A stretch of 32,722 nt of DNA from contig JARFOE010000057.1 in NCBI GenBank assembly GCA_031763465.1, forward strand, positions 3,956,178 to 3,988,899, read 5' to 3'. Positions within the stretch are counted from its first letter, which is position 1. The number at the start of each line of letters is the position of its first letter. This document shows, one piece after another, positions 12,726 through 24,131 of this stretch. The notes under the pieces were generated by a model. That model ran no database searches. It saw only the letters and a list, made by a program, of their open reading frames with translations, and was not told the DNA's origin. This DNA is from Squatina squatina (lineage: Eukaryota). The position numbers and the translations under genes were made by a program.

Positions 12726-13096
12726 TTTTTTATTTAAAAAAGTGTTATTTATCTCCTTTTTATTAAATGTTAATGTTAGAATAGTTTTAAATGTGTTTTG
12801 GAATGTGTTTGTGTTTTTTTCCCCCTCTTTCATTGAAGTTCTGACATCACTGAGAACTGTCAAAAGTTCAATGAAGGATACATCTACCTGATTGGTTGGG
12901 GCCTCCCATGTGACCTCTCCAGCCTCTTCGCTCAACGTGCCCGGGAATCTACAGAGGCCCACTCCAAATCTCCAACTCGGGGGATTTCCAACTTGCAAGG
13001 TTGCGTGGATCGAGGACCCTTAGGTAAGTAGATAGATATTTTTGCCATCTGCGGCCTCCGCACGCAAGAAGCCTCCGATTGCAAATTCAGGGCCTA
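12726..13096. mobile_element. Remnant of a non-autonomous DNA transposon (MITE-like), one end only
   Basis: A/T-rich interior, then a GC/CpG-rich end terminating gcaaattcagggcc-TA, similar to the end of 25261-25645. Confidence 0.45.
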
Positions 13097-13604
13097 TGTT
13101 TAGGTCAAGCACAAGAAAGCTTTTGCAGATGTATCTTCATATATCAGTTTCAATTCGCAAGATGTAAATTGAAACCCCCAAAAATGGGTAACAGCTTCTC
13201 GTGGCAGCTGAAATCTCATAAACCGGAATGAAACAGTGACTGTAACCTAACCATGGTCTCCCTGGCAACTGAGAGAGATGAGGCAGTATAATTTGATTGT
13301 GCCCCTATGCAAACATTGAACAACATAGCAGCTGCAACCAATCCTGCATGAGTGTTATTTATCTGAAACTGGCCAGACCAAAAATATTATCCAAAAATTC
13401 ACATGTCTGTGATGCTGCAGCAAGCTTACCCCGACTTATTGCAATTTTTTCTAGAAATGTCAACTGCTATTGTTCTGAATCTCCCTTCAAATCTAAGGTT
13501 TAGGAGGTCTAATTTTGGGGGGCGCTTGGTTTGTAATGTTCCTTTATCAGAGACACCCAAGTAATTTTTAATGTAACTGTCATTCATTCAATGGAAAGGC
13601 TGAG

Positions 13605-13610
13605 TTTATT
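13605..13610 (-). promoter_or_regulatory. Possible TEX11 polyadenylation signal (AATAAA on - strand)
   Basis: tttatt on +, ~520 nt downstream of the TEX11 stop on the same contig. The region is AT-rich, so this could be chance. Confidence 0.25.
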
Positions 13611-14131
13611 TTAAATATTTGTGTGTTTACATAAGGTCATCTATAACATTAATCTCACACTCTAGCAGCAAAACATTTACAATGCTGAGCAAATAAAATC
13701 AGTCTGAGGTCAAATGCTTGTATCCTAATAAATCTCACATTCCTAAATATTTTCTTAAAACATGTCTGGAAACCAGCATATTAGTTACAAATTTTACACT
13801 TATAACCCAGAATATGATAAGCTGTTCCTAAAGCACTATCTTTGTTATGTAGTAGTTTTTTTGTGTGGATATTGCCCTACATATGGTTTATACAACTTAT
13901 GAGCAATCCCAGATAAACTACAGATAACCCATAACAGACTCTTGATTGGACTTACCATAGTTTGGAACAGACATGAAATTAATGTGAATATGGTCAATAC
14001 AAAAGAAAAAAATTCTTAAATGAACAAATAGAATGGATAATTTAGATATGAGCTCACTATTATAAAGAATTGCTACCTCCACATTCCTGATGCATCCCAT
14101 GTCCACTGAATGGAAATGCCTTACTTTTCTG

Positions 14132-14203
14132 TTACTCTTCAATAGGGAGTACCTTCTTTTCTCTATCCATTCTATCCAAAATTTCAGTGTAGAGACTCAT
14201 CAT
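14132..14203 (-). CDS. TEX11: TEX11 terminal coding exon, MMSLYTEILDRMDREKKVLPIEE*
   Basis: Acceptor tgttttgacAG and TAA stop at 14134-14132. Resembles the TEX11 C-terminus (QMxxLYsEiLdRLD...EE in fishes). Missed by the ORF track. Confidence 0.78.
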   Translation of the reverse strand: MMSLYTEILDRMDREKKVLPIEE

Positions 14204-15145
14204 CTGTCAAAACACAATCAAATATGTGTAACACGCAAGTTTTCATCTTCATGGTATTCCACACAGCATGTATAAGATAGTCATTCTATAGTTCCTTTAC
14301 TCCAAAAACCATGGTAAGATTGTCTACAGTTCTTTTTCTTCTCACCATTCCTATTAGTTGCACCTCAACGAATCCTTTAATCGAAAGCTTATTTTCATTT
14401 AAAGTAAATTAAATTTTGTCCTATTAAATTATTATCCTCTGTGTCTGTTGGGCTGCCCCAATGCAAGTATGCCCTGGATGAATTCTGTCAAATGTTTACT
14501 GGACACAGTTAAGGCTAAGGAGTATGATTATCTCTGTATACTCAGATCAAAACACAAGAACAAGGATATACCCAATAAAAACAAGGTGGAGCAATCAGAT
14601 GATAGAGCTTCCTCCCCATCTATTGTTAGGCACAGCCAAAATCCTAGATGGCTGAAACTAAGTAGGATAGCATGAATCAACAGTNNNNNNNNNNNNNNNN
14701 NNNNNNNNNNNNNNNNNNNNNNNNNNNNNNNNNNNNNNNNNNNNNNNNNNNNNNNNNNNNNNNNNNNNNNNNNNNNNNNNNNNNACTATTGTTACCCACT
14801 GTCGTTCTGGCTAATGATCCTTTGGAAAACATACACACAATACCTGATACAAGAAAGATACAATGTACACACAGCCACCTGAGTCTTGGTGAAGCATAAT
14901 ATCAGATGCTCAAGCAAAGGTTCCAATTAACTCATAGATCTGGGAGAATTCACTAATATAGTCCAGACAAAGACTTGAAGATTAGTGTGCTATACAACTT
15001 CACTCTGCAAAGGGACATTACCATGGAGCAGGCTGAAGAGGGAATCAGATTGAAGAGGAGAAGCATGCTGTCCACGATAGCATACATCTCAGTCAGAGGG
15101 TCATGCAGCACTGCACAGTTGCAGATAGTGGGTTCCTCCAGAGAG

Positions 15146-15362
15146 CATAAGAAATAGGAGGAGTAGGCCATACAGCCCATCGTGCTTGCTCCGCCATTCA
15201 ATAAGATCATGGCTGAACATCTGTCTCAACTCCACTTTCCCACCTTATCCCAATATCCCTTGATTCCATTAGTGTCCAAAAATCTATTGATCTCAGTCTT
15301 GAACATACTCATCAACTAAGCATCCACAGCCCTCTGGTGTCGAGAATTACAAAGATTCATCA
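15146..15362 (-). mobile_element. CR1-like LINE 3' end, antisense
   Basis: cataagaaatagga..gagtaggccat..agcccatcg.gc.tgctccgccattcaataagatcatggctga...catccacagccctctgg, same family as 3905-4171. Confidence 0.8.
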
Positions 15363-15463
15363 TTCTGGCACAAGTTTCAAGTATAGAATAGAAGGCCTCT
15401 TCAGCTCCATGTTTTATTTTTTTTAATCCTCTTGTCTCTGTCTCTCATTCGTCCCTCACTTAC

Positions 15464-15584
15464 CAAACTCTCTATAATAACTAGTCCTTCTTCATAGTAA
15501 GACCAGACTTCCTCCAGGATTCGAGGTTCAATTTCAGTTACTCCTGAGGGGAGTGAGATCTGGATCAGGCTGTGCAGAACTTTG
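15464..15584 (-). CDS. TEX11: TEX11 late exon (121 nt), (S)KVLHSLIQISLPSGVTEIEPRILEEVWSYYEEGLVIIESL
   Basis: Acceptor tttttttcacAG and donor GTAAGT. Matches recalled TEX11 SKCMHNLVNLSVPDG...LEEVWGYFEDAL. Confidence 0.88.
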
Positions 15585-16300
15585 CTGTGAAAAAAATGCA
15601 AATAAGTCCTTAATGACAATCCTTCAAACATTAAAATAAGGGTTCTACTCCATCCTGACAATAGGCATATAGTCTTTTTAAAAAGTAGCATAGTGGCACC
15701 TCAAGAGTGGAGCAAAAGTTTATTGTTTCCACTCTGTTGAGTTAGATTAATCAACAATGGCATAAAAAGATGCCCTCAAACTGAAGCCAAGCATTTTCCC
15801 ACGGAAGAAAAAAAGAATGATCACCTAGCTATTTGTAAACAAGAGGATCTGTAACGCATAATGCAGGAGGATCATGGCATGGGGAAGCTAGAAAGGAAGA
15901 AGATTATAGTATAATTATGTGTCCTGGTCATCCACAGTCAACTAACATGGATAACTTTGCCCTTTACGTAATGGTAGTCCTTCACCAGGTAACCACATAC
16001 TATCATAATGAGCAGTTTCTTGGACCCCCATTACAAGCAACCCATNNNNNNNNNNNNNNNNNNNNNNNNNNNNNNNNNNNNNNNNNNNNNNNNNNNNNNN
16101 NNNNNNNNNNNNNNNNNNNNNNNNNNNNNNNNNNNNNNNNNNNNNGGAGCAGATTAGCTCATGTACATCCACTTTCCTGAGATCACAATTGCATACTTTT
16201 TTTTTTAAACTTTAATATACTATTCATCCCAGAGTAATCAAAATTTATACTTTGTTTGAATGGAACAGTATAAAATACTCAAGCAATAGTTAGTACGCAC

Positions 16301-16371
16301 CTGATAAGAAAGAGTGAAGAACTCCCTCATTCTGCTTGGGCAGTCATCACACTGCAGAGCTAAATTCCAGG
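16301..16371 (-). CDS. TEX11: TEX11 internal exon (71 nt), (A)WNLALQCDDCPSRMREFFTLSYQ
   Basis: Acceptor ctttatatttataAG and donor CAG|GTGCGT. Matches recalled TEX11 [24 protein letters not shown]. Confidence 0.88.
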
Positions 16372-18247
16372 CTTATAAATATAAAGCACATGGATATCAT
16401 CTGTAATACTTACGGTTTTTAAAAAAAAATCAATTTAATTCATTAACTTTGCAGCTGATGTTACTGTAACAAAAATAAATTGTAACTCATCATTTCATGG
16501 ATTAGTGTTCAAATTTTCCAGTATCCCAATCATACCAAAGTCTTTCAGCCCATGTTGTCATGTGTGCAGTATATCCAAAACAGTCAACTCACTTATGGCA
16601 GTGCTCACTTAAGGCACGAGGTCTGAATCTGCAGCAAAAATTGTTGTATATGGGTAACATGACTTCATGGTTAAACTTTCCATTCTGGATAAATTCTTTC
16701 AGCAAGTTTGCAATTGTTATTTGACTCACATGTTGCTGCCAATGTAATTTTATATTAACAAAAATGTAGAATGTCTGAACAATAATTTACTTTTATGAAA
16801 TTGGACACAGTTTTGAACCAGAGAACTAGTGAAGTAGACATGATGGTCAACAAGAGGATACTAGTTCCATCATTCACCCAACTTTCCACTTTTTTATTCT
16901 GCTATTTCTGGTGGTCACAGGACCAAATATAAAGTGGTCTCACTTTTGCTGCTGTCGAAAGTGGAAGTTATTATACACAGTTTAATTTATAATTCATCTG
17001 GGGTTTTTTTTAATGTTACTTAAGTAGTCTGCTTACTTTGCAGGTGAAGCATTAGCACTTAACATTCGATTATTAGCATTCTAAAGTCTGATTATAAAGC
17101 ATCATAGACAGGCCTGGGCTGGCAGCAGGATGTTTGATCACCTTCTTGGCAAGAAATGATCTCAGGAGACCACTGAAGAAAATTGTTTTTAAAGAATATA
17201 TTAAATACTAAAAAAAATCAAATTGAAAGCAAAGAACACTTTCAAGTATGCTTTAAGACATTTTTGTTTTAGATAATAACCCATTGAAAGGATTCTTTGT
17301 GCAAATGTCTTTAGCTCATTCAGAAANNNNNNNNNNNNNNNNNNNNNNNNNNNNNNNNNNNNNNNNNNNNNNNNNNNNNNNNNNNNNNNNNNNNNNNNNN
17401 NNNNNNNNNNNNNNNNNNNNNNNNNNCTGCTCTAATCAATAAAAACTCAATCAACATACATACACATATTTTTTGTAATGAACAAAGGAAACAAACATTT
17501 AAACAGTTTGATGGATTTGTGTTTATTAATGGTAAGATTTTTTCAAGCGATGAATCAGTAAAAAATGATTTCCTCTGAATTTGAGCAAAAAGCCTGAAAT
17601 TTTACTACTTTTCACTGTACTACCCAAAACAAGTGCTAGAACAACATGCAAGTGTGCATTGGTACATCTTTTATAGCTCTAATCAATAGGACTAAAACTT
17701 TTGCTTGGCTGGTGTATCATATGTGAAAATGTATTTCCTCATAATAGTGTAAGACAGTCCCCTCATAATGAGCAGGAAATGCAAGTGCCCTTCTAAGGTA
17801 CAGCAGCTGCTCTGTTACGCTGCTAGCCCAGATCTCTTTCCACCACCCCCACAGCTTTCATGCTACCAGCACATGGCCTAATTATTTAAATGAGAGGATA
17901 CTGAAAAATTCTAGCAGGTTCCCTTCCTGTGCCTGTGACACGAAATGCACTGTGTGAGCTGCCCCTACACTCTTAATGGAAAATCACCCTGTTCATGTCT
18001 AACGTCTGCTGGAAAATAATGTGGTGTCTAAATTCAACAGTGAAGTAGCTAAAATGGAATTTGCACTATTTCCTGATGGTACATTCCAAAATCATATCAA
18101 CAGGACCAATTTTGCCAGTCTGAACACCAACCCAATGGTGACAGGTGNNNNNNNNNNNNNNNNNNNNNNNNNNNNNNNNNNNNNNNNNNNNNNNNNNNNN
18201 NNNNNNNNNNNNNNNNNNNNNNNNNNNNNNNNNNNNNNNNNNNNNNN

Positions 18248-18322
18248 CAACGATAACTCTGTTTCTCTCACATAGATGCTGCCTGACCTGCTGAGTGTTT
18301 GCAGCATTTTCTGTTTTTGTTT
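18248..18322 (+). mobile_element. Penelope-like element terminal-repeat remnant
   Basis: aacg.taactctgtttctctc...agatgctgcctgacctgctgagt.ttt.cagcattttctgttttt, nearly the same as 19686-19758. Confidence 0.55.
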
Positions 18323-19012
18323 TAAAAATTTAAGAAGTTAGGAATAAGACGGGAAGTGAGTCAAGCAGAACTGGTTTACAGAAAGGGTAAGAAGCTTAAG
18401 GACTAAGTTACCAAGAAAGACCATTGAATAGTGCAAATCGGTCTGAGAACACTAATCGTGCTTCGAGAAAGAGGAAAGATTAAGGGATATGAAAAGCCAA
18501 GAAGGTGGGTGGAGAAAAATGGAAAACTTGTTAGGCAAAACAGCTTTTACCATTGTATATATTGGCAGAGTTCGTGGGACCTGAGTCTCAAAACTAATAC
18601 TACATCTAGCAACGTTACAGTGGAATATATTTTACCCTAATTTAGTCTGTGTCTGCACTTGTCGCTTGTTACCTCATCTGCCACCAATGTACATCAGAAA
18701 ATATTGGGTGCATTGCTCAGGATTTTCTGATGCATGTTGGTGGCGGGCAAGATAACTCCCTACCAGAATGGACTCAGAAAATTTACCCCTTAATGCATAC
18801 AATGAGACAAAGTAGGAGTGTAATCATGGGGTGGACTGTGGAAGAGAAACAGTCAAGAGGAAGATGTTTGCAACAGTGTCAAAAGCAGTGAAGAAGCTGA
18901 GGAGGATAAATAGTGACAGCAAACCACGATTGTAATCATATAGAATGTTGTCCCAGCCAAATTGGCATAACACATGGTATGTGTGCCTACAGAGCTGCAT
19001 AATATGCCTTAC

Positions 19013-19064
19013 TTCATTGGCCAGAATGACAGCATTCAAAGCTCTCTCCTGGTGTTGCTTGATG
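19013..19064 (-). CDS. TEX11: TEX11 exon or exon remnant (52 nt), xIKQHQERALNAVILANE
   Basis: Acceptor catttcAG and donor GTAAGG. Matches recalled TEX11 KYYDKALNAVNLANK, but the expected 5' half is absent. Confidence 0.7.
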
Positions 19065-19628
19065 CTGAAATGTATTAATTGTTTCTCTCTCAAAGATTGG
19101 CCCCAGATTTGAGTTGGCATTGTCTAACGATCCTGTTAATCATGATTGAAATCAGAAAGAGACTAGGGTGATGAATTTCCACCGGGAAGGCTAGAGCATG
19201 CTGCGTCTTTCATGAATCTCCTTATTTTTTCTCTACAGAAGATGCTCACAATATTGATGAAGAGCTTTCTTGGAAAGCAGGTGAAAAATTATACTCTCTG
19301 AGACCTAGGGTCATATGTAACCATTCACAATCTAGAGACTGGGATAGGTTACAGGCTTTTTGTTGTCCAGTATGAAAGACCTAGAACCATTTTTTCTTTT
19401 GTTTTAATGTGAATTATTAGTAGGTAGCCAAGTACTGCTAATTCATAGAAAGGTGAGAATTATTGCTGTTCAGAAGGATTGTATATTATGGCANNNNNNN
19501 NNNNNNNNNNNNNNNNNNNNNNNNNNNNNNNNNNNNNNNNNNNNNNNNNNNNNNNNNNNNNNNNNNNNNNNNNNNNNNNNNNNNNNNNNNNNNCCTCCTC
19601 CCTCTGTGAGCAGATGCTGTCAATCTGA

Positions 19629-19758
19629 AATAAAGACATAAAATGCTGGAAATACTCAGTAGGTCAGACAGCATCTAGACCTGAGACGTGAACTCTGTTT
19701 CTCTCTCTACGGATGCTGCCTGACCTGCTGAGTATTTCCAGCATTCTCTGTTTTTATT
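19629..19758. mobile_element. Palindromic Penelope-derived repeat with ~48-bp inverted arms
   Basis: aataaagacataaaatgctggaaatactcagtaggtcagacagcatct (19629-19676) pairs with ggatgctgcctgacctgctgagtatttccagcattctctgtttttatt (19711-19758). Confidence 0.7.
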
Positions 19759-19898
19759 GTGTAGTATACTATTGTATGGGATAGTCTGCAATCCACTGTC
19801 ATTGCAGGAACCCACTTTATTAATCTAATTTTATAAACATATTCCATAAATAAATTGCATACACTGACACCACTTTTATTAAAAAAAACTATTATTGG

Positions 19899-20040
19899 GA
19901 ATTTCCTTGGGGCTTCTCCCGCTCCGCCACCGTAACTTTGGCAAAAGTTGGGCAGATACCCGGTGAACATGCATAAATGGCATTTCTACTGAACAACCTA
20001 GCAAAGTTATGGCAGCCGAGCAGAAGTCCCAAGGAAATTC
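19899..20040. mobile_element. 142-bp fold-back MITE-like element
   Basis: Left arm GAATTTCCTTGGGGCTTCT...TAACTTTG; reverse complement of right arm GAATTTCCTTGGGACTTCT...TAACTTTG. Confidence 0.7.
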
Positions 20041-20137
20041 TTTGCATATAACTTTATGGAAGGATTAAATTTAATATCTTTGTCACAAGAGCCATTGGTG
20101 GGAATCCTTCAAACATAGTAAAATAAATCTTCCTTAC

Positions 20138-20223
20138 CTCAGCCAGAAAGCGCTTTCTTCATATTTCTTCTGCTGATAGGTTTCTACTCCGAAATTGTAG
20201 CACAGCAGGGACAAGTAACCTGT
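20138..20223 (-). CDS. TEX11: TEX11 SPO22/ZIP4-region exon (86 nt), TGYLSLLCYNFGVETYQQKKYEESAFWL(S)
   Basis: Acceptor tttgttttAG and donor AG|GTAAGG. LCYNFGVET...KYEESxFWLS is diagnostic of TEX11. Confidence 0.92.
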
Positions 20224-20401
20224 CTAAAACAAAACACTTAGCTCCATGCTGATATCACGATAAGCAGAAAGTGAAATTNNNNNNNNNNNNNNNNNNNNNN
20301 NNNNNNNNNNNNNNNNNNNNNNNNNNNNNNNNNNNNNNNNNNNNNNNNNNNNNNNNNNNNNNNNNNNNNNNNNNNNNNCAAGAGTATAGTAGTGCACATA
20401 C

Positions 20402-20521
20402 TGATTCTGCCTGATAGGAGTGCACTTTGAAAAGGTCCTTTTCCACGTTATGCTTAAGAGCGTTCACATCTGATTGGCCATCATTTCCAGCGATTAGCCT
20501 TGCATACAACATCTCCAAACT
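20402..20521 (-). CDS. TEX11: TEX11 exon (120 nt), SLEMLYARLIAGNDGQSDVNALKHNVEKDLFKVHSYQAES
   Basis: Acceptor tttcccccttcccAG and donor GTATGT. Matches recalled TEX11 SLEQLYVKLI...VESDHFRVLSYQAES. Confidence 0.9.
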
Positions 20522-21239
20522 CTGGGAAGGGGGAAAGATGCAATGTTATAATCTTTCCATCGGGGAATTCAAATTTTTAATCTTCAACACATGCAATACA
20601 CAGAATTTTTNNNNNNNNNNTGTCATTTTTACCCAAGCTAGTATATTTCTGCAAGTGATCTTAAACTATAGCCAACAGTAAAAACAATCAGAATCAAAGT
20701 AACAGTCAGGATTAGTGTGATAAATGAAACCTGAAATATGAGGCAACCACAAGTAATTTGCTTGTCAGCTGCACTAAAGGTCGAGGCTTTGTAAATCAGC
20801 ACAAGATTACAGAATTGAAACTTGTGGGGAAATTTTAACTTCGCTAGGCTGGGAGTTGCAGACCTCTGCAGCCTCCTGTAACAAAACCACTGCCTTCTGG
20901 GTCAGGTAGCCAGTCTTTGCCAGTGGCATTGAAAGTAACCGCAGTTCTCAACTTTTTTTGCATCAGAATCTTTCCAGAGTGCTACAGGGGACATTTTTCA
21001 CTTCTCTGAATCTGCTGTTAATCAATTTGTGAAGCAGATCAGCAATGCCCTCTTGGCCAAGGCCAATGGTAAGCATCCCATTGCTTTTCCAGATAGGACA
21101 ACCCTCCCTATTATGGCATTAGCTTGCTATCTGGTGCAGNNNNNNNNNNNNNNNNNNNNNNNNNNNNNNNNNNNNNNNNNNNNNNNNNNNNNNNNNNNNN
21201 NNNNNNNNNNNNNNNNNNNNNNNNNNNNNNNNNNNNNNN

Positions 21240-21420
21240 GAGAACAAGATGAACAATAACAGACTAAAGACTGCATTACAGGAGAGGGATCTGGTTGAAT
21301 TGGTGAATAGATTGTTGAAACTAGCTGTGCAGTGTACAACAGCAATAAAGGCGGCAATCAAGATCTTGGGATGTATAGCTGGAGGGATGGAGCACAAGCC
21401 TCAGGAAGTAATAACTTATA
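21240..21420 (+). mobile_element. Degenerate CR1 reverse-transcriptase C-terminal fragment
   Basis: ERDLVELVNRLLKLAVQCTTAIKAAIKILGCIAGGMEHKPQEVI resembles CR1 ERDLGVLV..sLK...QC..A.KKANxmLGcI.RgieyKs.EVI. Confidence 0.65.
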
Positions 21421-21795
21421 TAGGGCAAAGGTTTGGCTTTGGAGCAGTCAACTAAATTTGTACTGAGCAACAGGCAACAATAAGAGACTAAGGAAACTGG
21501 GAATATTATAATCCAGAAAAAGTAGCTTAGTGAGTCTGTGTCGAACTTTTATACCTGTATTATTTTTATTGCTGGACATAGCATGACAGGTTAAAATTCA
21601 AGATCACACAGGGTATTTCTCAGAAGGCAGAGCTAACGCAGCACAGACGGGCTATAGTCCGGGACCCTTCTCATCCGTTCAATTCAGCATCTACCAATGA
21701 TCATTTGAATAATCTATCCTAATCTTTTCTGCAACATAGCAGAATACTGTATTAAACAGTTTAAAGGAAACACTGCAAATTTTTCATGTACTCAC

Positions 21796-22000
21796 GTGTT
21801 TTTGCACCTGCTGCACTGGTATGTGTACTTGTAATTTATTTCATATGTGTGACAGCGTGTAACCAATGGTAACTCAGGGTGGATCAGTATGGATTTCTGT
21901 GCATACAACTTCCAAAACGGTCCGTGTCCATCGCGAACATTATTAATAAGCCAGGTAGCAGCATGGCACAATTCGTGAATCAATGTGTCCCGTAGACGCT
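21796..22000 (-). CDS. GCNA: GCNA/ACRC SprT metalloprotease active-site exon (205 nt), (E)RLRDTLIHELCHAATWLINNVRDGHGPFWKLYAQKS...VTRCHTYEINYKYTYQCSRCKN(T)
   Basis: Acceptor tgctttgcAG and donor GTGAGT. Contains HEXXH (HELCH), GHGPFW and the first CxxC of the zinc-binding region. Phase-compatible with exon 23913-24051. Confidence 0.93.
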
Positions 22001-22324
22001 CTGCAAAGCAACACAGAAATCAGTATTTCAGATAAGGTTAGGCAGATCAGACTTAACATATATCCAGCTTTCACTAATTCTCTTGGGTTTAAACAGCTCT
22101 AAAGTTTATAGCCTTGAATACATTTAGTCAAGGGGAAAACTGATCTGGCTACAAATTTGTGTGCAGTAAGTTTACTTTCGATATGGTTAAGCTTCAAGTT
22201 GTGCTAATATTGTATATTCCACTTTAACTTTTTAGTGTAACAAAGAATTAGTTCAACTTTATAAGATAAATGGCTTACCCTTTCTGAAGTTGGCAACTCA
22301 CTACAATATTGTTCCACGGGCAAA

Positions 22325-22620
22325 CACCCTCCAAGAGCTCACATAAGGTGACTACTCTTAAGTGGGCCTGTATATTCACCACAAAGGGCCATCACAATGA
22401 AGTCCAATCAGGACTTGACCTAAAATCTGTGCACACATTTCCAAGCAGGAATCACTAGTCAGTGATCTGGAACAGGAAATGTGGCTAATTACTCCCCACA
22501 ACCCCATTGCATCCAGAATCCAGATCATGTCAAGACACCAGGATAAACGTGGGTGGGACCTTCTTGTGTACAGTTCAGTGCTACATCATGTGTACATGTA
22601 CTCCAGTGAGCCATTTGGAG
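22325..22620 (-). mobile_element. Degenerate tRNA-headed SINE, antisense, in a GCNA intron
   Basis: The reverse complement begins aatggctcactgg...gtagcactgaactgtaca...gaaggtccc, and its body resembles 4815-5095. Confidence 0.45.
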
Positions 22621-23912
22621 CTAAAAGATAAAGCTGTTTAGTTTAACCTGGCGTAGCAATTTATCCAATCTAGCCAGCCAGTCATCATCCTCCAGATCAG
22701 CTAGAAATTGAAGGCTTCGGACAACTGGTCTATCACCTCTGCCTGGGAAGCAGGAGTCCTTTTAAGACTATTCCATTACATTTGAGATCTTTCAGGTCAT
22801 ATTTCCCAAAAATCAGCCAATAAAAAAAAAAGTGTTCAGCCTAACAAGCTGCATCTAAAATGATTCTTCACCATATCTACAATCTATGAGCTGGTCAGTT
22901 CACACATGCACTCGGTCTTCTTTCTCTCCACCCCGCCCCATTCCACAAAAGGCACCATTCTCACCTGCCTAACTACTAGAAAAAGATGAACAAATTTGTT
23001 CCCAGGCTTCTGCTAATTTGTAACCAGTCCCTAAAAGACGCAGGAGCAGCAAGGTTTCCATTTGCCTCAGACTTTTTCTTCTTCCCTGAGGCAAAGCACC
23101 CAATCCCTGCTCAGCACTGTTCCTGGATAACTCAGCTGAAACTGAAACACGACAGGTGGAAATATCAGACACAGCTCACACAAACTGCAGTGCCACCTTA
23201 TCATGATACTCATTCTTAATTAGCAATTTCATAGCCTCACCAGCAAGGAAATGTGCCTGCTCACAACACTGAGGCGCACCTTGCAGCCTGGGTTCCAGTT
23301 ACTTTTCCTTTATCAAAATCATTTGCATTAAAAGTAACATGAAGAATGTGTAATCGGGCAGGATACTAGAGTGCTGTCATGGCCCATCAAACCATACTGC
23401 AACAAGGAGTTAGAGTCAATGCCAGAGGGGAGAAAAATGGAGGAATAAAAAGAAAATGCACGACAAATGTACAAATTACATGCACACTTAATGTCAGCAA
23501 TGAACAAAAATGAACCAAACATGTGGAAGTCAGAAAAGACGACAAATTGTATCTTCCAAGATCATCAGCATCTGTGCAACTTATTCGCTCCATATATATT
23601 AAGGATTTATCCATACGGTCACTGATATTTAAGCCAATCTGGATCTGGATTAATGCATTAAATAGGCTTTTTTGTTAAGTATTCAAAGGGTTTAAGGGAC
23701 TCAAAGAAAAGGAGCAATTCCTCAGAGACTGATTTGCCATCTTAATCAGCATTCTGCTGGAGTGTTATCATCTTTCCTTCCAATTTGAGAATTTATATTC
23801 AGTGTCAATCAAAATAGTGAGCCTGATACTGACCAGTAGGCCTTGCATGGCATGAAAATGAACATGAATTGAAGGCATATTTATCAAGTTAAATTTTGTG
23901 TTTTGTTCTCAC

Positions 23913-24051
23913 CAGCTGAATCACACACTTTCTCGGATAGTTCAATTCTGGCATAGCGTTGGAGAACACCATCCCGTTTCTGTCCAGTAATACAATATCC
24001 GGCTGTTTTCCGCATTTTCTTATTCCATGTAATCTCCAACTTCTCTGGAAG
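23913..24051 (-). CDS. GCNA: GCNA SprT exon (139 nt), LPEKLEITWNKKMRKTAGYCITGQKRDGVLQRYARIELSEKVCDSA
   Basis: Acceptor gatttacAG and donor GTGAGA. WNKKMRKTAGYC and ARIELSEKVCDSA are GCNA signatures. Confidence 0.93.
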
Positions 24052-24131
24052 CTGTAAATCATACAACAGAAAGCCAATCACACTCAGTCCTGCAGGATTT
24101 CATTTGGCCACAAAGATTAATAAGATTTTAC

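Noticed and set aside
16593-16628. Possible small TEX11 exon on the - strand (ctgcAG ... GTGAGT)
   Set aside because: Splice signals are plausible, but two frames have stops and the third does not match TEX11.
17037-17172. Possible TEX11 exon on the - strand starting GLLRSFLAKK
   Set aside because: Only faint similarity to TEX11, and all three frames contain stops before the donor.
19165-19285. Hammerhead-like motifs (tgatgaa...gaaagc)
   Set aside because: The CUGAUGA core is imperfect and the stems do not pair; at most a decayed Penelope-type remnant.
20402-22000. GCNA-TEX11 fusion gene (SprT exon spliced to a TEX11 exon)
   Set aside because: The GCNA exon ends in phase 2 and the TEX11 exon starts in phase 0. 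Two gaps lie between them and probably hide the GCNA last exon and the first TEX11 exons.
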